A stretch of DNA of 64,000 nucleotides from an uncultured Christensenella sp. (GTDB lineage Bacteria > Bacillota > Clostridia > Christensenellales > UBA3700). The stretch lies in contig CAYZGK010000001.1 of NCBI GenBank assembly GCA_964478025.1, positions 23,631 through 87,630 on the forward strand, read 5' to 3'. The number at the start of each line of letters is the position of its first letter. Position 1 is the stretch's first letter. The notes beneath the pieces are model-generated. The model was not told where the DNA came from and did no database searches. It saw only the letters and a list, made by a program, of their open reading frames with translations. Shown in pieces: positions 23,801 to 28,404 of the stretch. A program made the translations under genes and the position numbers.

Positions 23801-25202
23801 AGATAGCACTAAATCAAATGCTGAAAGTAGCGTTGTATATGGGACAGAGATCTACTATACAAATACTGTTTATAACATAGGAGCTCAAGGTGAGAAAGTT
23901 TATAACAAGAATTATAACTATCTTGCAAGTACTTCAAATACATTTACAGGTGTAAGTATAATGGCATCAACTACAGAAAGTACTTCTACTTCATTTGTAG
24001 TATCAAACGAGGGAAGTATAACAAAGAGAACTATTAACGCTAACTTTAGTAATCTAGATCAATCATATAGAACAGAGCTTTCATCAATTGGAGTTGAAAT
24101 AGGTGAGGTAAGCAGTCTTACAAATATTCCTCATTCTCTATCTAGTGATGATTTACAAACTTTAATTAGCAATATTAATACTGAACTTGAATCTGCTGAG
24201 TTTACTGAAGATATCTTAGCAACAGTAAGTGCAGATTATGTAACAAAAGATAATGGTAAGTATTATGCAACACAAGCAAATACATATGTTAAAGTAAAAC
24301 TTGAAAATCCAACAACTCCTATTTCAGTTTCTAACAACTTAGCTGTAACAATTACTGGAGATAATTACTTAACATTAAGATACTTTGCATTTGATAAAGA
24401 ATCTAATAGATTCATAATAGATACATTTGAAGCTTTACTTATGATAGACAACTTATCTGATGGCAATAATGGAGAGTATCAAACTCTTGACTATATTGTA
24501 ACTAACGATTTATATGGAAGATCACAATTAGTTACTACATTTACAAATGAATTTAGTGGAACAATTGATGGTAATAGTAAGACTATAAAGAACTTTGTAT
24601 TAGTAGGAAACACATCAACTGGATTATTTGGAACATTATCTAATACTGCAAGTATTGAAAAGTTAACATTTGCACAAGTATTAGTTATTGCAAGTGATGT
24701 TGCTTCAATGAGCGTTGTATCTACAAATAATAACGGAAGTCTAGATAATATTAAAGTTGAAGCTGAGTTTGTATCTGATAAAAACGCAACAGTAAAAGTT
24801 GTTGCAAATAACAATAGTGGTACGACAACAAATTCAACAGCATTTGTTCAAACTTCAATGGTATCTTATTCAGTAGAAGCAGAAAGTTCTTCAACAAACG
24901 ATATAGTTGTATTAGAAAGAACATATAATGTAAAGAACTTAGATAATATTATTACTAAAGTAACAATAAATGGCTTAGATACAAACTCTACAACATCAAG
25001 TGCTTACACATTATCCGATATCTCTGAAAATGTTATAAATTTAGCAATTTTAGGATTAAATAACACAGGTCTTACAATTGAAAATAAAGTTGTAAAGATA
25101 AATAACTTCCGTGAATACTGGGCTTATGTAAATATCTGTCCATTCTTAAGTGTAAGTGCAGAAGACTTAGCAGGATTTATTGGAGTAGAGTTTGAAATAT
25201 AA
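5823..25202 (+). CDS. giant (6459 aa) cell-surface repeat protein with GLUG-like and YDG/MBG-like modules; putative adhesin
   Basis: One uninterrupted 19,380-nt ORF with a strong RBS. N-terminal anchor or signal MLKEKKSSILVIGIICIVIAMLVVSFMFNQG. There are six or more modules that open with F-x-G-x-(F/I/L)DG-x-G-x-T-I (for example YSGIFDGCGHTLTI, YSGTLYGNGYSIVL, FSGTIDGNSKTIKN) and continue with GLUG-like beta-helix repeats (YAGGIVGYSTGEINNC, LGGIAGYIGGGGKIIACSV, IGGIAGVSSSSITHCNV). These lie at about nt 10590-11650, 12590-13300, 14270-14720, 16310-17200, 22060-22560 and 24430-24850. More than 12 Ig-like repeats of the form I-x-P-x-x-L-T-I...K-x-YDG-(T/K/S) lie at about nt 7660-8420, 18470-21610 and 23320-23390. 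The composition is S/T/N/G/Y-rich. I saw no LPXTG or other C-terminal sorting signal. Confidence 0.85.
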   Translation: MLKEKKSSILVIGIICIVIAMLVVSFMFNQGHEEVKILSTNEISSANTSTWSNGYGLASNGDGLEDGQVPSGYSNTSGSSNYTSSTGQLKGSTNYYMSSDVTLNVSSYIEDQTAYSGIFDGCGHTLTIINSDRDVSSDIKGDTSYYRGILCGVLSGTIKNVTIVIPSNSYGLHIVSKWIQSGSGHWGNQSKGAAKLYFGYIGHTISGGTVNNVKIVYKSSDKLIKLNVGYGTNTFCDALMFGLSNGGTISNTTLRLESNVDLHTWVQYGTDYFGHALFVGYTNSGTTTNINGCSIEGSGSLSNSKWGGSGVRARFGLLGGIITNGTFNVNGLDCGGWTGGFSWTDAAFQSGDYHAGTFVGETSSSTGGDITNIFYSATDSGIKKLDNSQSAWRSGSQQNKYATANFQQYTISYSNIGFCHSNTSNMWVGELTSYSGSGNSTTGSFVNSITMNSTIYETGSFIAYRGISNRAVPIIAVSSITSVISAYTKGSYAYANPDMVNTISGGPTFTKTSSNNSTNVYSGTYNGTAVSSVSSVVNIYRAGNKVKEYSIPSWNSTPSGNKKDVGTYTYLYNYSSISKYNSSEAQGFYLEANKEVSDYYVLLPSGSAFSVQLNITRAPLTISSSSYTGTYDGNSHNITINGLFSNSGYVNGETLSSLLSSGYATVSVGSLSGTSVTESNFNNLAITSVSDSVKSIPISISFTNYSINNANSYSKTETITINPVNLTITTSDYSNSYDGAIHGIQTTGNIILNNEIQSSGYVNGETLASIIQNGKGSFSVLYNSVADTTPNTTISGVDAVNGYSSLAISHVKDSVRTIQINLSLVDYIINSTSHDFTSTNTITITPASLTLDETIVKDYEYSGYSLYENSAITDRGYEFYNSVLQAAQTSGSPGLSLLNYDQMIQNRELTFTSSATTVLDVNSYTFTVQASSSSTGSAEADFTLQGEHTFSYNITKGTTILSITLIGNSDVSTYTGTSNTASGSKVYNDQNEPIPTANITLNNGGKSLGEATKTILKDNSTYYLENAKKAGVYKVTYNFSGTNNYEAVKLVYTYTIDKATTYIEFTTIGDKLGAGVSKQVTSGSFSESKMFDFDAVTIPTAYVRWYTGNDGSTGVREETISYTSTASIQPGSNVSDAGVYDITWSYSGGDNLTACSCIYTYTIEKNTITFGFANSTGSQQLQSCALSVSTLLGSSYGNLNATLKNSKGQTIQVITAGVSQKSKVSLTSSSTYTSLYPGEETSFTGTEVQDCGTYKLIYSMTTSDTNYTVTTNPATYTFTISQRRMYLLFDDTKDLYDSIIDTTGNYYDFIFVSGADNISKINSVAQDYSSYFTKIVEWGSGVGSGHNFKDYLTLTAGVTDKTPVGNYYFSVEWNESATNKTILNRLRNNYKAGVLDSSNVVIGTTGSGYSAGYTSYCESAKNTNGFNAAAADSSYEIRIRIVSNVDKTLSYTDSQDNWSILDTGSASDVITFINGHYYDSDEYASATSATITSQVWINRAFDGSRIMASYKTLNGNSQTCEIKMWHDVENNTDDFNNGTGVTAQITSKGVYTHASDASTSETGYTGTYDQGYPAYTTIDGEKYYAGASLVALNYGVIKGFNFKWYVENIQSCGSYRSPRITIQGHHNRNSAVGTISGINCGYITGCKIYYQRLLTFEGTSSSYNFAAGLVVGINNGYMANETFELVKDMENYRSSTVYASHIYRSFINVSGTAKSIYAGLICGTNAADGTIESISRSGQVPFSVESLTGSVDVYGGGFVGKNTGNLNNLIYNNTMSTITSTNDSRWYNGNYNGDGGKTYYYKNYELRFYASANVYAGGIVGYSTGEINNCQYNSGTSTSDGGNLLATAGSGNTIALGGIAGYIGGGGKIIACSVKNYGCIYAGSDSVIVNAYALGGVVGVSSGGEIDGSSISNYGTIFGRASGAGNNYAGCFLGIGCEDGNGTTSAATYTSSNRVKFGTTNVEPGVFTASTSFNYGTIGANYGSWGYITGKYNTILSDSISDGYDYAHTYGGLIWYTNNTPTNHTKCLFGSVASILGDNSVTDSSSSTGRRTLTSTNVYITGIAGINIGDCGDGTLGNQLLDDVSLNTETGEINISYNSISNITQTNAGSASFYYGMDASVNGNTVYITPNGGSKVAYTDDLGAGVFTMSTADANAIITDTTVEATISTVRVRTYLYIGSYEEYKDFVQNTGSSNYSVYRYCAGYGTLSTSMETGSIVWSGVLNEYKTFDGANKTITYTTNAAVSVSAVSGNWNGKNIYVLGTLLGANNGYVKSVNIVVTTSADTSYFIFDTVSGANMVYGVVAGANSGTIDWCSVTLKGGGKVGLTASSSTSGNRYSIGGIAGVSSSSITHCNVKFENNTRLGLMSGTYTNGSYAAVGGIVGAQFGSEVSNCAVVGKGYILTENSTSSDIVSNPNGYVGGIGGYLLVAKDGRDLTYMGLNVGVCKVYNVVVALFGGIESASTSYVDGSTAAGVGGTGYISGKGTAFENSSSYDTLKTLNLGACFIIGTGEPTAVDWKAAAVQNTIFGGVVYNEHATDKKAANKEAYVEMYWYDIPGIAFLSLNDYSIRGKGVAEMVSSASIYVTFPTTFFESNISAGGITIYFYNQSNGKVKLSLTSLSLTVNSNATYINTVITNISKDGEGTPTSSDQGTSTSTSLGGYTAVEGTSVMLKLKVSYSVSIAGENIKYDSATSLVQSPFYCFISGRGNRIVYAGAKEATLTDNITYDKKVSAAIEFAEGKVLNGNGNTFYSYWSGRNESEGGNYVAGLTDGLPSGTWADNGYDTVGGNRRESKDYPYWYELNGKDFYGVSDLISINRGTIKNLNVSYRQEEGKTHDYAGMNADTAYGAIAGINLGTIENCTITYNCTSVYIGGGADYTLVMGAAVGINKGTINGLTVNMASSFTLSGSIGNNLFSSGVGINYGDIYNIDIVNTAGVYLTATSDGNSSTVAGGIVAINNGGSIKYARISGEGQFKIGTYTKNTTETPTEVEVTDENGNKTTVTTTVTTTSYTYSTKYLYFAVGIAISNNGSEEETLPGLVASVASCIKNNDNPVDHIIIDYGGDIYAYAQNYMTGIAFAHAGSSTTAEGDLRYGNIFWNSDYNTNIALAVESTGGTNLFQEGTIASAGFPLMGYTGNTNKGDFSFVKGAQIYSNVEENLSWDLNTGNLIFSSTNYAMSNSKTFESFESLYMPSLDRQYDFVGSNNTSDYYTFTKGSSSSNTTISITEKMMDMLVVDATSNYSGGALRVNIEFFFPYVEINDIYQLVQYIWFTSDDTGSDKIFNYYLRTYETQIKQLIDAGEKQASTATPVDGDYSGAWCTEADWGSVSRNWGYTADTSDTADTADFDARWITYNGANYYILLEKYCSNGDILPIYSSNNARLTSDIVLDKYTYADGATTMSVDFGFNCTSWKEYASSKKLDGQKYSITIVASDYNHNSGSSLGSYSKWAYVKTRAEHSGSMYSMTSATNYANNYSVNYVPLQDIANTPGKGSSGVYIYGGFLGIIRGEISNVNFILQEYSLINIVKDTVNTVSYEDGDNKGNSEFNTYEASYSDSSLDSIALPRSVFAGVVAGYITGKMDSCSLTMGQYSQIYVNKFGAIDDDNSIYHAALVGGYCGLLGNDAQISNSTLTMGEGVNIGVKNTGIRMASGLIAYRKGTVRAYAGGFAGMMVSGSLMYNLVLEGVSTSKIFAFTDGRTWGLNWNYYASFDTFASTAGGIVGCNTNNSYWNKSGLGHGLVDGVIFNWAGASISMFNSSTSTSYAAKQDMSIYYIGGNIAGVVGNGDNLNFSISGNAETNEYVRNLYYVYELSSYKTLYQEHGDIYSYSHNSSQSYIAKGNIYIYGPSAGSAGLNFCTLNNYKSSYIRNSDGSYSLGSGDGSVIFSGDSDHPGTIVDGNLVCVSEAMSGSTIITARTLTLWELETESVIGTGISYTGATSTKSGNNYIYESTSYNDTSFKPSSIGYKQITTGLSNIMSWADTSRNSNVKFSFEVDDEDTSSVMWAIDIYKGVIDGNSLRSAENTISEIPVYAFATSLQDSLTYKKQEYTIIRGQGDGMKIMYCTGSAASLSPNKTYYTNEVSVDKAAYYATAAIMYDGSTDAANEALTIYDSNGNNIERLEDNIKDSIVTTAKNDGDILRTVYKQSGNAWNEVDSEADLTAVGYYKVIYEVLANEDSYGVINPNAYVNRDYRTQFFSSDGSTSTYFKDTGNYLVETYTLYVAIAPVYLNITEIKKVYDGSTDFIYKGSDDTNYSSVTAQVDQNFAYAKDGTIPSVSCSNGVIKSSVGTNVQITLDATYDNADIGDRSITLKTEGTVSYVYWQKNSEGKWIECSVESPLLKSSNSSERKAYFSLTILNSELSSTDGAKTYGYKDSLASGYTITNGSTVTSFDTSLTCKVHIVKANAPTITVTDPTLSYVYTGKSIEYGVEWASHITITDQFGSVLDPESMINNKELTITGDGTAVKDVKASGYTIKFTIAYTGTKYGNTTTESEVTIFVTPALLTITKAVKEYDGKNDVSVASFAYKADGKTSGLYEQDKITFAGTYASSDVASSLNVKITTSQTTINGTQYKIVGDNYYLENDTINGIGVIYPTSAEIVLANKDYDKTNTVTYTGSGDINKTSILIKTTSSSILGVTVVNIQPTATYSNSNVGNCNLQVSLNTFTYVNEKGASVALYRLEDSNYCIEDATSTSYTATGKAYIIPVNMTISYIYKTYDGTTAFPDDDANYMLSNNNNEFTKVDGSFSDANVKYENNKYNDINVSAVAYTYMYVSNGTTASNTVYRVQSSGSATNYTLDATLSGSTYVVEGIGVIIPKLVTIKNVTKLYDGKNTFDTVNFYADKGEKWEIVDESGASVNYHLVGTMGTSSSDGKNATNGKNLYQVNLNGSSATTPCVATFTFNGVDYIWLHYMYNTNNNYYVTSTTIAGIGDVLQRTINVAPSGTGTLSSLSFTVNSKVNTSGKVNIQSGSASATYLFGQYYSIDNLTATFNWSGSSPKLSNGKLTVDGSTLTFKLKYNGSDANVTNARSYTFTLSLVTTSSNFAFNDYTIRLTINKRALSQSEITVTLGAITKVYDGTDSTDNIEVGTPSIKAVAQGVSSTENVTLSGTPTVSSLTATDMINVKADKNGEIQSYDATAVVTLSNFTSTNYTFSGSITTSVKYKITPYELTLTGAYEKEFNGTSTGITLNGINSEIVEISYSGIGTLPGTYSQVTPTEAIAVNVDSSASENNKDNSIPANYTINVGVIDLTIKPATIIAERQYGTDSFNVAVAITNLEGFDFLKEYKDAQDAAILSDTIVSDIASNLNSTTYKTELKSALIAAFAIRCNNAAWTNFETSNISSINIYSDTLEFIFTGLSELDTTSLTDRYSFAMYNNEKKTSGSNIAISSSELSDGQYTGTYTTTGTAVSTAEELVALINGGNDGYLTNNIYGFDATSLTTTTYSGTLYGNGYSIVLSGNFNISETSAALFIPTLQGNLYDINFKYATNAEINEELTSVGLVVNTNNGTISNCSLELLKDLTLVKDEEGTLLTKATVGGFANTSTGTLTNVTIVYSASETYSLFAGLAYTASGTINYVSARNSIYTTSVAGKTMFNTLSVTVDYAIDAITFAHTSLNSGSITTIYDTSSTYLAFYENNYTDGYLDYYFTLESKYTTDNAKHNEYVNGGSDNTNTTYYKDYRTTTSQTPILAIEVIAPLGDFIWAAFGVDYTEYKTNLNRAVGMFNTQDELTSITSYTEANNISYTIFKPIIGAVAGVKIAAGIDTIIEKEYSGSVQKAEFASEDNTKTFVISGTEVGTYTTYLDGASSEGGTAVSGYDVERFIAEIVTGESGEEKIMLIITPKQLTDTPTITKEYDSTTIAETELKAKDTDAAASLYAVGEYSESKVGIGYNVSYYSTSKAVAAVNVSGTYKFITYRAYNTDENGNIVYIVEFIDIDGANFTSATNVTTANVQSLARAYYQLVTVDQINSLAYKTYEAGITQDNITSVYVYDLTFSHTVDSTKSNAESSVVYGTEIYYTNTVYNIGAQGEKVYNKNYNYLASTSNTFTGVSIMASTTESTSTSFVVSNEGSITKRTINANFSNLDQSYRTELSSIGVEIGEVSSLTNIPHSLSSDDLQTLISNINTELESAEFTEDILATVSADYVTKDNGKYYATQANTYVKVKLENPTTPISVSNNLAVTITGDNYLTLRYFAFDKESNRFIIDTFEALLMIDNLSDGNNGEYQTLDYIVTNDLYGRSQLVTTFTNEFSGTIDGNSKTIKNFVLVGNTSTGLFGTLSNTASIEKLTFAQVLVIASDVASMSVVSTNNNGSLDNIKVEAEFVSDKNATVKVVANNNSGTTTNSTAFVQTSMVSYSVEAESSSTNDIVVLERTYNVKNLDNIITKVTINGLDTNSTTSSAYTLSDISENVINLAILGLNNTGLTIENKVVKINNFREYWAYVNICPFLSVSAEDLAGFIGVEFEI
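15817..15852 (+). repeat. in-frame 9-bp tandem repeat x4 inside the giant gene
   Basis: ATACAGCCG ATACATCCG ATACAGCCG ATACAGCCG, which encodes ..YTADTSDTADTADF... It is locally GC-rich and produces the spurious antisense and alternate-frame ORFs at 15664-15966. Confidence 0.85.
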
Positions 25203-25204
25203 TT

Positions 25205-26188
25205 ATGTCTACAAAAAGTGAAGTTCTTAAAATATTAGAGAATAATAAAAATAAAGCGATATCTGGAAATGATATCGCTAAAACTTTAAATATAACTAGA
25301 ACTAGTATTTGGAAAGCAATAAATGAATTAAAACAAGAAGGCTATATAATAGATTCATCAACTAAAAAAGGTTATATTTTTTCTGGAAACAATAACAAAT
25401 TATCTTTAGAGGGTGTTGAGAGACTTTTAAATAAGAAATTAGGTGATTTTAAAGTTGTTTATAAGAAAGAAACGGAATCTACAAATAAAGACCTATTAGA
25501 GCTTGCGGATAAAGGAAAGAGGGATCTTATTGTTGAAATTGCTGAAAAACAAACATCAGGAAGGGGAAGAATTGGAAGAAAATTTGAATCCCCAGAGGGT
25601 GGAATTTATTTTAGTATTTTATTAGATTTAAAGGGTATAGAAATATCTAAAATTACAATATTAACTCCAATGGCAGCCGTTGCTGTTGCAAGATCGATTG
25701 AAAAATTAACTAATAAAAAAGTTGGAATTAAATGGGTAAATGATATTTTCTTAAAAGATAAAAAAATATGTGGAATTTTAACTCAAGCTTCGCTTGATTT
25801 GGAAACTAATACTATAGGAAGTTGTGTTGTTGGAATAGGAATTGACTATAAGTTAGATATAGAAAAATTGCCAGAAAATTTAAAGGATATTGTAGGAACT
25901 ATTTTTAATAAAGATGAAATTCCATCAGTAACACAAAATGAATTAGTAGCAAATATACTAAATGAGTTAGTTTCCATGTATAGAAATTTAGATAATAAAG
26001 AGTTTTTAAAAGAATATATTTCTCATAGTATTGTTTTAGGGAAAAATATAGAGTTTATGTTAAATAATGAAAAATTAGAAGGTAAAGCTTTATCAATTGA
26101 TGAAAATGCAGCTTTAGTTGTTGAGTGCAATAATGGCCAAACTATAAAACTTAATAGTGGAGAAGTTTCTATTAAATTACCTAAATAA
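25205..26188 (+). CDS. birA: bifunctional biotin--[acetyl-CoA-carboxylase] ligase / biotin operon repressor
   Basis: N-terminal HTH (ISGNDIAKTLNITRTSIWKAINELKQEGYII). Biotin-ligase signature QTSGRGRIGRKFESPEGGIYFSI, followed by KWVNDI...KICGIL. The ATG lies 2 nt after the giant-gene stop. Confidence 0.9.
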   Translation: MSTKSEVLKILENNKNKAISGNDIAKTLNITRTSIWKAINELKQEGYIIDSSTKKGYIFSGNNNKLSLEGVERLLNKKLGDFKVVYKKETESTNKDLLELADKGKRDLIVEIAEKQTSGRGRIGRKFESPEGGIYFSILLDLKGIEISKITILTPMAAVAVARSIEKLTNKKVGIKWVNDIFLKDKKICGILTQASLDLETNTIGSCVVGIGIDYKLDIEKLPENLKDIVGTIFNKDEIPSVTQNELVANILNELVSMYRNLDNKEFLKEYISHSIVLGKNIEFMLNNEKLEGKALSIDENAALVVECNNGQTIKLNSGEVSIKLPK

Positions 26189-26240
26189 ATAAGCAATTTT
26201 TACAAAATATTAAATTTAATCACGAATTTTGAAAAAATAA

Positions 26241-27422
26241 TTATAATTCTTCCATTTGTAAAAAGTCTGCTAGTTTTATATGTCGTACGGTAGAAGTAGA
26301 ATAATCCACAGCATCGTTTGTAATGAGTATTTTTTGATTTAGATTATCTAAATCTTTAAAAGCATTGAATTCCCTATCATAGGCTTTTTCATCAACAACC
26401 GAATAAGCTACTTGTATAAAATATGTTTTGCCGTTTTTGGTGGCTACAAAATCTATTTCTTTTCCTTTATTATCAAAAACTTTCAAGTTATAGCCCATAT
26501 AAATAAGTTCGTTATAAACTATATTTTCTAGATTGTGATCAAAATCATAACGGTTATTATCTATTTTTAATGAGTTAAAACAAACATCAGAATCGTAAAG
26601 TTTAGAATTAAAATTTAGTTCTCTTTTTACTTTAGTAGAGTATTGAGCGAGTTCTTCGACAACATAAGCTTCTTTTAAATAGTGCATATAATAAAGTATT
26701 GTATTAGAAGAACACTCAATGTCTTGTCCCTTTAAATATTTATAAATTGAACGAGCGGATAAAATTCTTGAATTATTTCTCAATACAAAATTAACACATT
26801 TTCTAAACAATTCAGGTTTCCTTATTTTGTATCTCTTAATTAAGTCTTTTATAACAATTGTATCTTCTAAGTCCTGCAAATATCTTATAGCATCGTTCTC
26901 GCTTGGCATATCAAATCTTTTAGGAAAACCTCCCCAAATAAGATAATCTGTAATATCAGCTTGTTTTCCGATTTCCTTTGTGTAAGCTTGTATTTCTTTA
27001 TACACAAAGGGTCTTATTCTAAAAGATACATATCTTCCGGAAAGTTCAGTGGCAAACTCTTTTGATAACAATTTAGAGTTTGAACCAGATATAAAAACAG
27101 AATTATTGTGAAGTCGTAGTGTCCTTACGGCAACTGCCCAGTTTTTTATATTTTGAACTTCATCTAAAAAAATATAACATTTTCCATCTTTTTGATTATC
27201 GTTCACGTAATTTAACAATTTTTCTACGCTTCCCGTTTTTTTTAATGTAAGTGCATCTTCAAAGTCTAGGAAAATTGTGTTAGTTGTTTTTGTCGTTATT
27301 TCATCATAAATACTTTTTAATATAACCGACTTTCCACATCTTCTAATGCCAGTAATTATTTTTATTAAATCACTATCGTAAAATGGTCTAATTTCATTTA
27401 AGTATTTTTCGCGTATAATCAT
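26241..27422 (-). CDS. AAA_14/DUF4143-family ATPase
   Basis: Walker A GIRRCGKS and Walker B YIFLDEVQ. The overall layout matches the paralog at 54304. The ORF-track start at 27431 is GTG. I preferred the ATG at 27422 (MIIREKYLNEI), which has GGAG 8 nt upstream. Confidence 0.85.
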   Translation of the reverse strand: MIIREKYLNEIRPFYDSDLIKIITGIRRCGKSVILKSIYDEITTKTTNTIFLDFEDALTLKKTGSVEKLLNYVNDNQKDGKCYIFLDEVQNIKNWAVAVRTLRLHNNSVFISGSNSKLLSKEFATELSGRYVSFRIRPFVYKEIQAYTKEIGKQADITDYLIWGGFPKRFDMPSENDAIRYLQDLEDTIVIKDLIKRYKIRKPELFRKCVNFVLRNNSRILSARSIYKYLKGQDIECSSNTILYYMHYLKEAYVVEELAQYSTKVKRELNFNSKLYDSDVCFNSLKIDNNRYDFDHNLENIVYNELIYMGYNLKVFDNKGKEIDFVATKNGKTYFIQVAYSVVDEKAYDREFNAFKDLDNLNQKILITNDAVDYSTSTVRHIKLADFLQMEEL

Positions 27423-27457
27423 TATTAACACTCCAATAATCTATTTATCTATATTAT

Positions 27458-27585
27458 ACTGCGCAGTTTTTAGTTTATCAATAAAATTGCGCAGTTTAAA
27501 CACTCTTTTGCTGAAAAAAGAGAAGTAAAGTAACTTTTATATACTGCGCAGTTAAATATGTTTTGATAAAACTGCGCAGTTTAAA
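27458..27585. promoter_or_regulatory. array of four CTGCGCAG-core words in the divergent promoter region
   Basis: ACTGCGCAGTTTT (27458-27470), TTGCGCAGTTTAAA (27487-27500), ACTGCGCAGTTAAA (27543-27556), ACTGCGCAGTTTAAA (27571-27585). The core CTGCGCAG is palindromic. The words form two pairs 28-29 bp apart, and the pairs are 85 bp apart. They lie 36-160 bp upstream of the minus-strand ATPase start. Confidence 0.6.
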
Positions 27586-27722
27586 TGCCTTTTTACTTAA
27601 TAAATGTGTTCAAAAACATTCCATAATTTTAAAAAAGTTAATTGAAAAAGCAAATTATAGTAATAAATTCCGATTTGTATAATATTTAAAAGTTATAAGC
27701 GATTTTTTTAGACAAATAGTGT

Positions 27723-27762
27723 AGAAAGTAGTATCATATAACTAAGAAAGAAGTATTATATA
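27723..27762 (+). promoter_or_regulatory. 18-bp direct repeat x2 just upstream of the abiEi-like RBS (operator candidate)
   Basis: AGAAAGTAGTATCATATA (27723-27740) and AGAAAGAAGTATTATATA (27745-27762). 16 of 18 positions are identical and the period is 22 bp. GGAG at 27766-27769, ATG at 27778. Confidence 0.4.
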
Positions 27763-27777
27763 AACGGAGATGTAGTT

Positions 27778-28404
27778 ATGTTTATTGAAAGATTATCTAA
27801 GAAATTCAATGTTAACGAGCCAATTCTTACTGAAGAAATTCTTGGTTTGTTTCCTGAATATTCTCGTGCGCAAGTTTTTCGATATATTGAAAAGGCAAAA
27901 AGGAGCAATGTAATAGTGCAGTTTGCTAAAGGTGTTTATTATATTCCAACCATAACATTTTGGGGCGAATTTTCGACGATAACTGCAGATTCTGTAATTG
28001 AAAAGAAATATCTACGATATGCTGATCAAACTTATGGTATTTACAGTGGAATTAAATTGCTAAATAATTTTTCAATCACAACACAAATGGCAGCCGTTAT
28101 TGAGATTGTTACAAATAATGAAACTACGCGTTGTAGAGAAATAAACATAGGTGGCAGGAAATTTATTTTAAGAAAATCACGTTGTGAAATTAATAAGAAT
28201 AATTATGCAGTATATACAATTTTACAATTGTTTAATGATTTTACGCAACAAGACTGCCTTGATGAATCCTCTCGAAGAATATTGTTAGAATACATAAGAA
28301 ATTATAAAGTAACCCAAAAGCAATTGTTGAAATTGTCAACGCAATTTCCAGCACAAACAACTAAAAAATTAATAAGGAGTGGGATTATTAATGAAATTGC
28401 ATAA
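27778..28404 (+). CDS. AbiEi-family antitoxin/transcriptional regulator (type IV TA)
   Basis: 208 aa. The N-terminal wHTH-like segment (FPEYSRAQVFRYIEKAKRSNVIVQFAKGVYYIP) fits the AbiEi_4 pattern. The gene overlaps the downstream AbiEii-like gene by 14 nt. Confidence 0.65.
   Translation: MFIERLSKKFNVNEPILTEEILGLFPEYSRAQVFRYIEKAKRSNVIVQFAKGVYYIPTITFWGEFSTITADSVIEKKYLRYADQTYGIYSGIKLLNNFSITTQMAAVIEIVTNNETTRCREINIGGRKFILRKSRCEINKNNYAVYTILQLFNDFTQQDCLDESSRRILLEYIRNYKVTQKQLLKLSTQFPAQTTKKLIRSGIINEIA

Noticed and set aside
6934-24814. Nine short ORFs (61-116 aa) inside or antisense to the giant gene (6934, 11740, 13339, 15664, 15712, 17077, 23129, 23499, 24491)
   Set aside because: All are embedded in the uninterrupted 19.4-kb ORF. 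They have biased, repeat-derived composition and no start signals. They are typical shadow ORFs.
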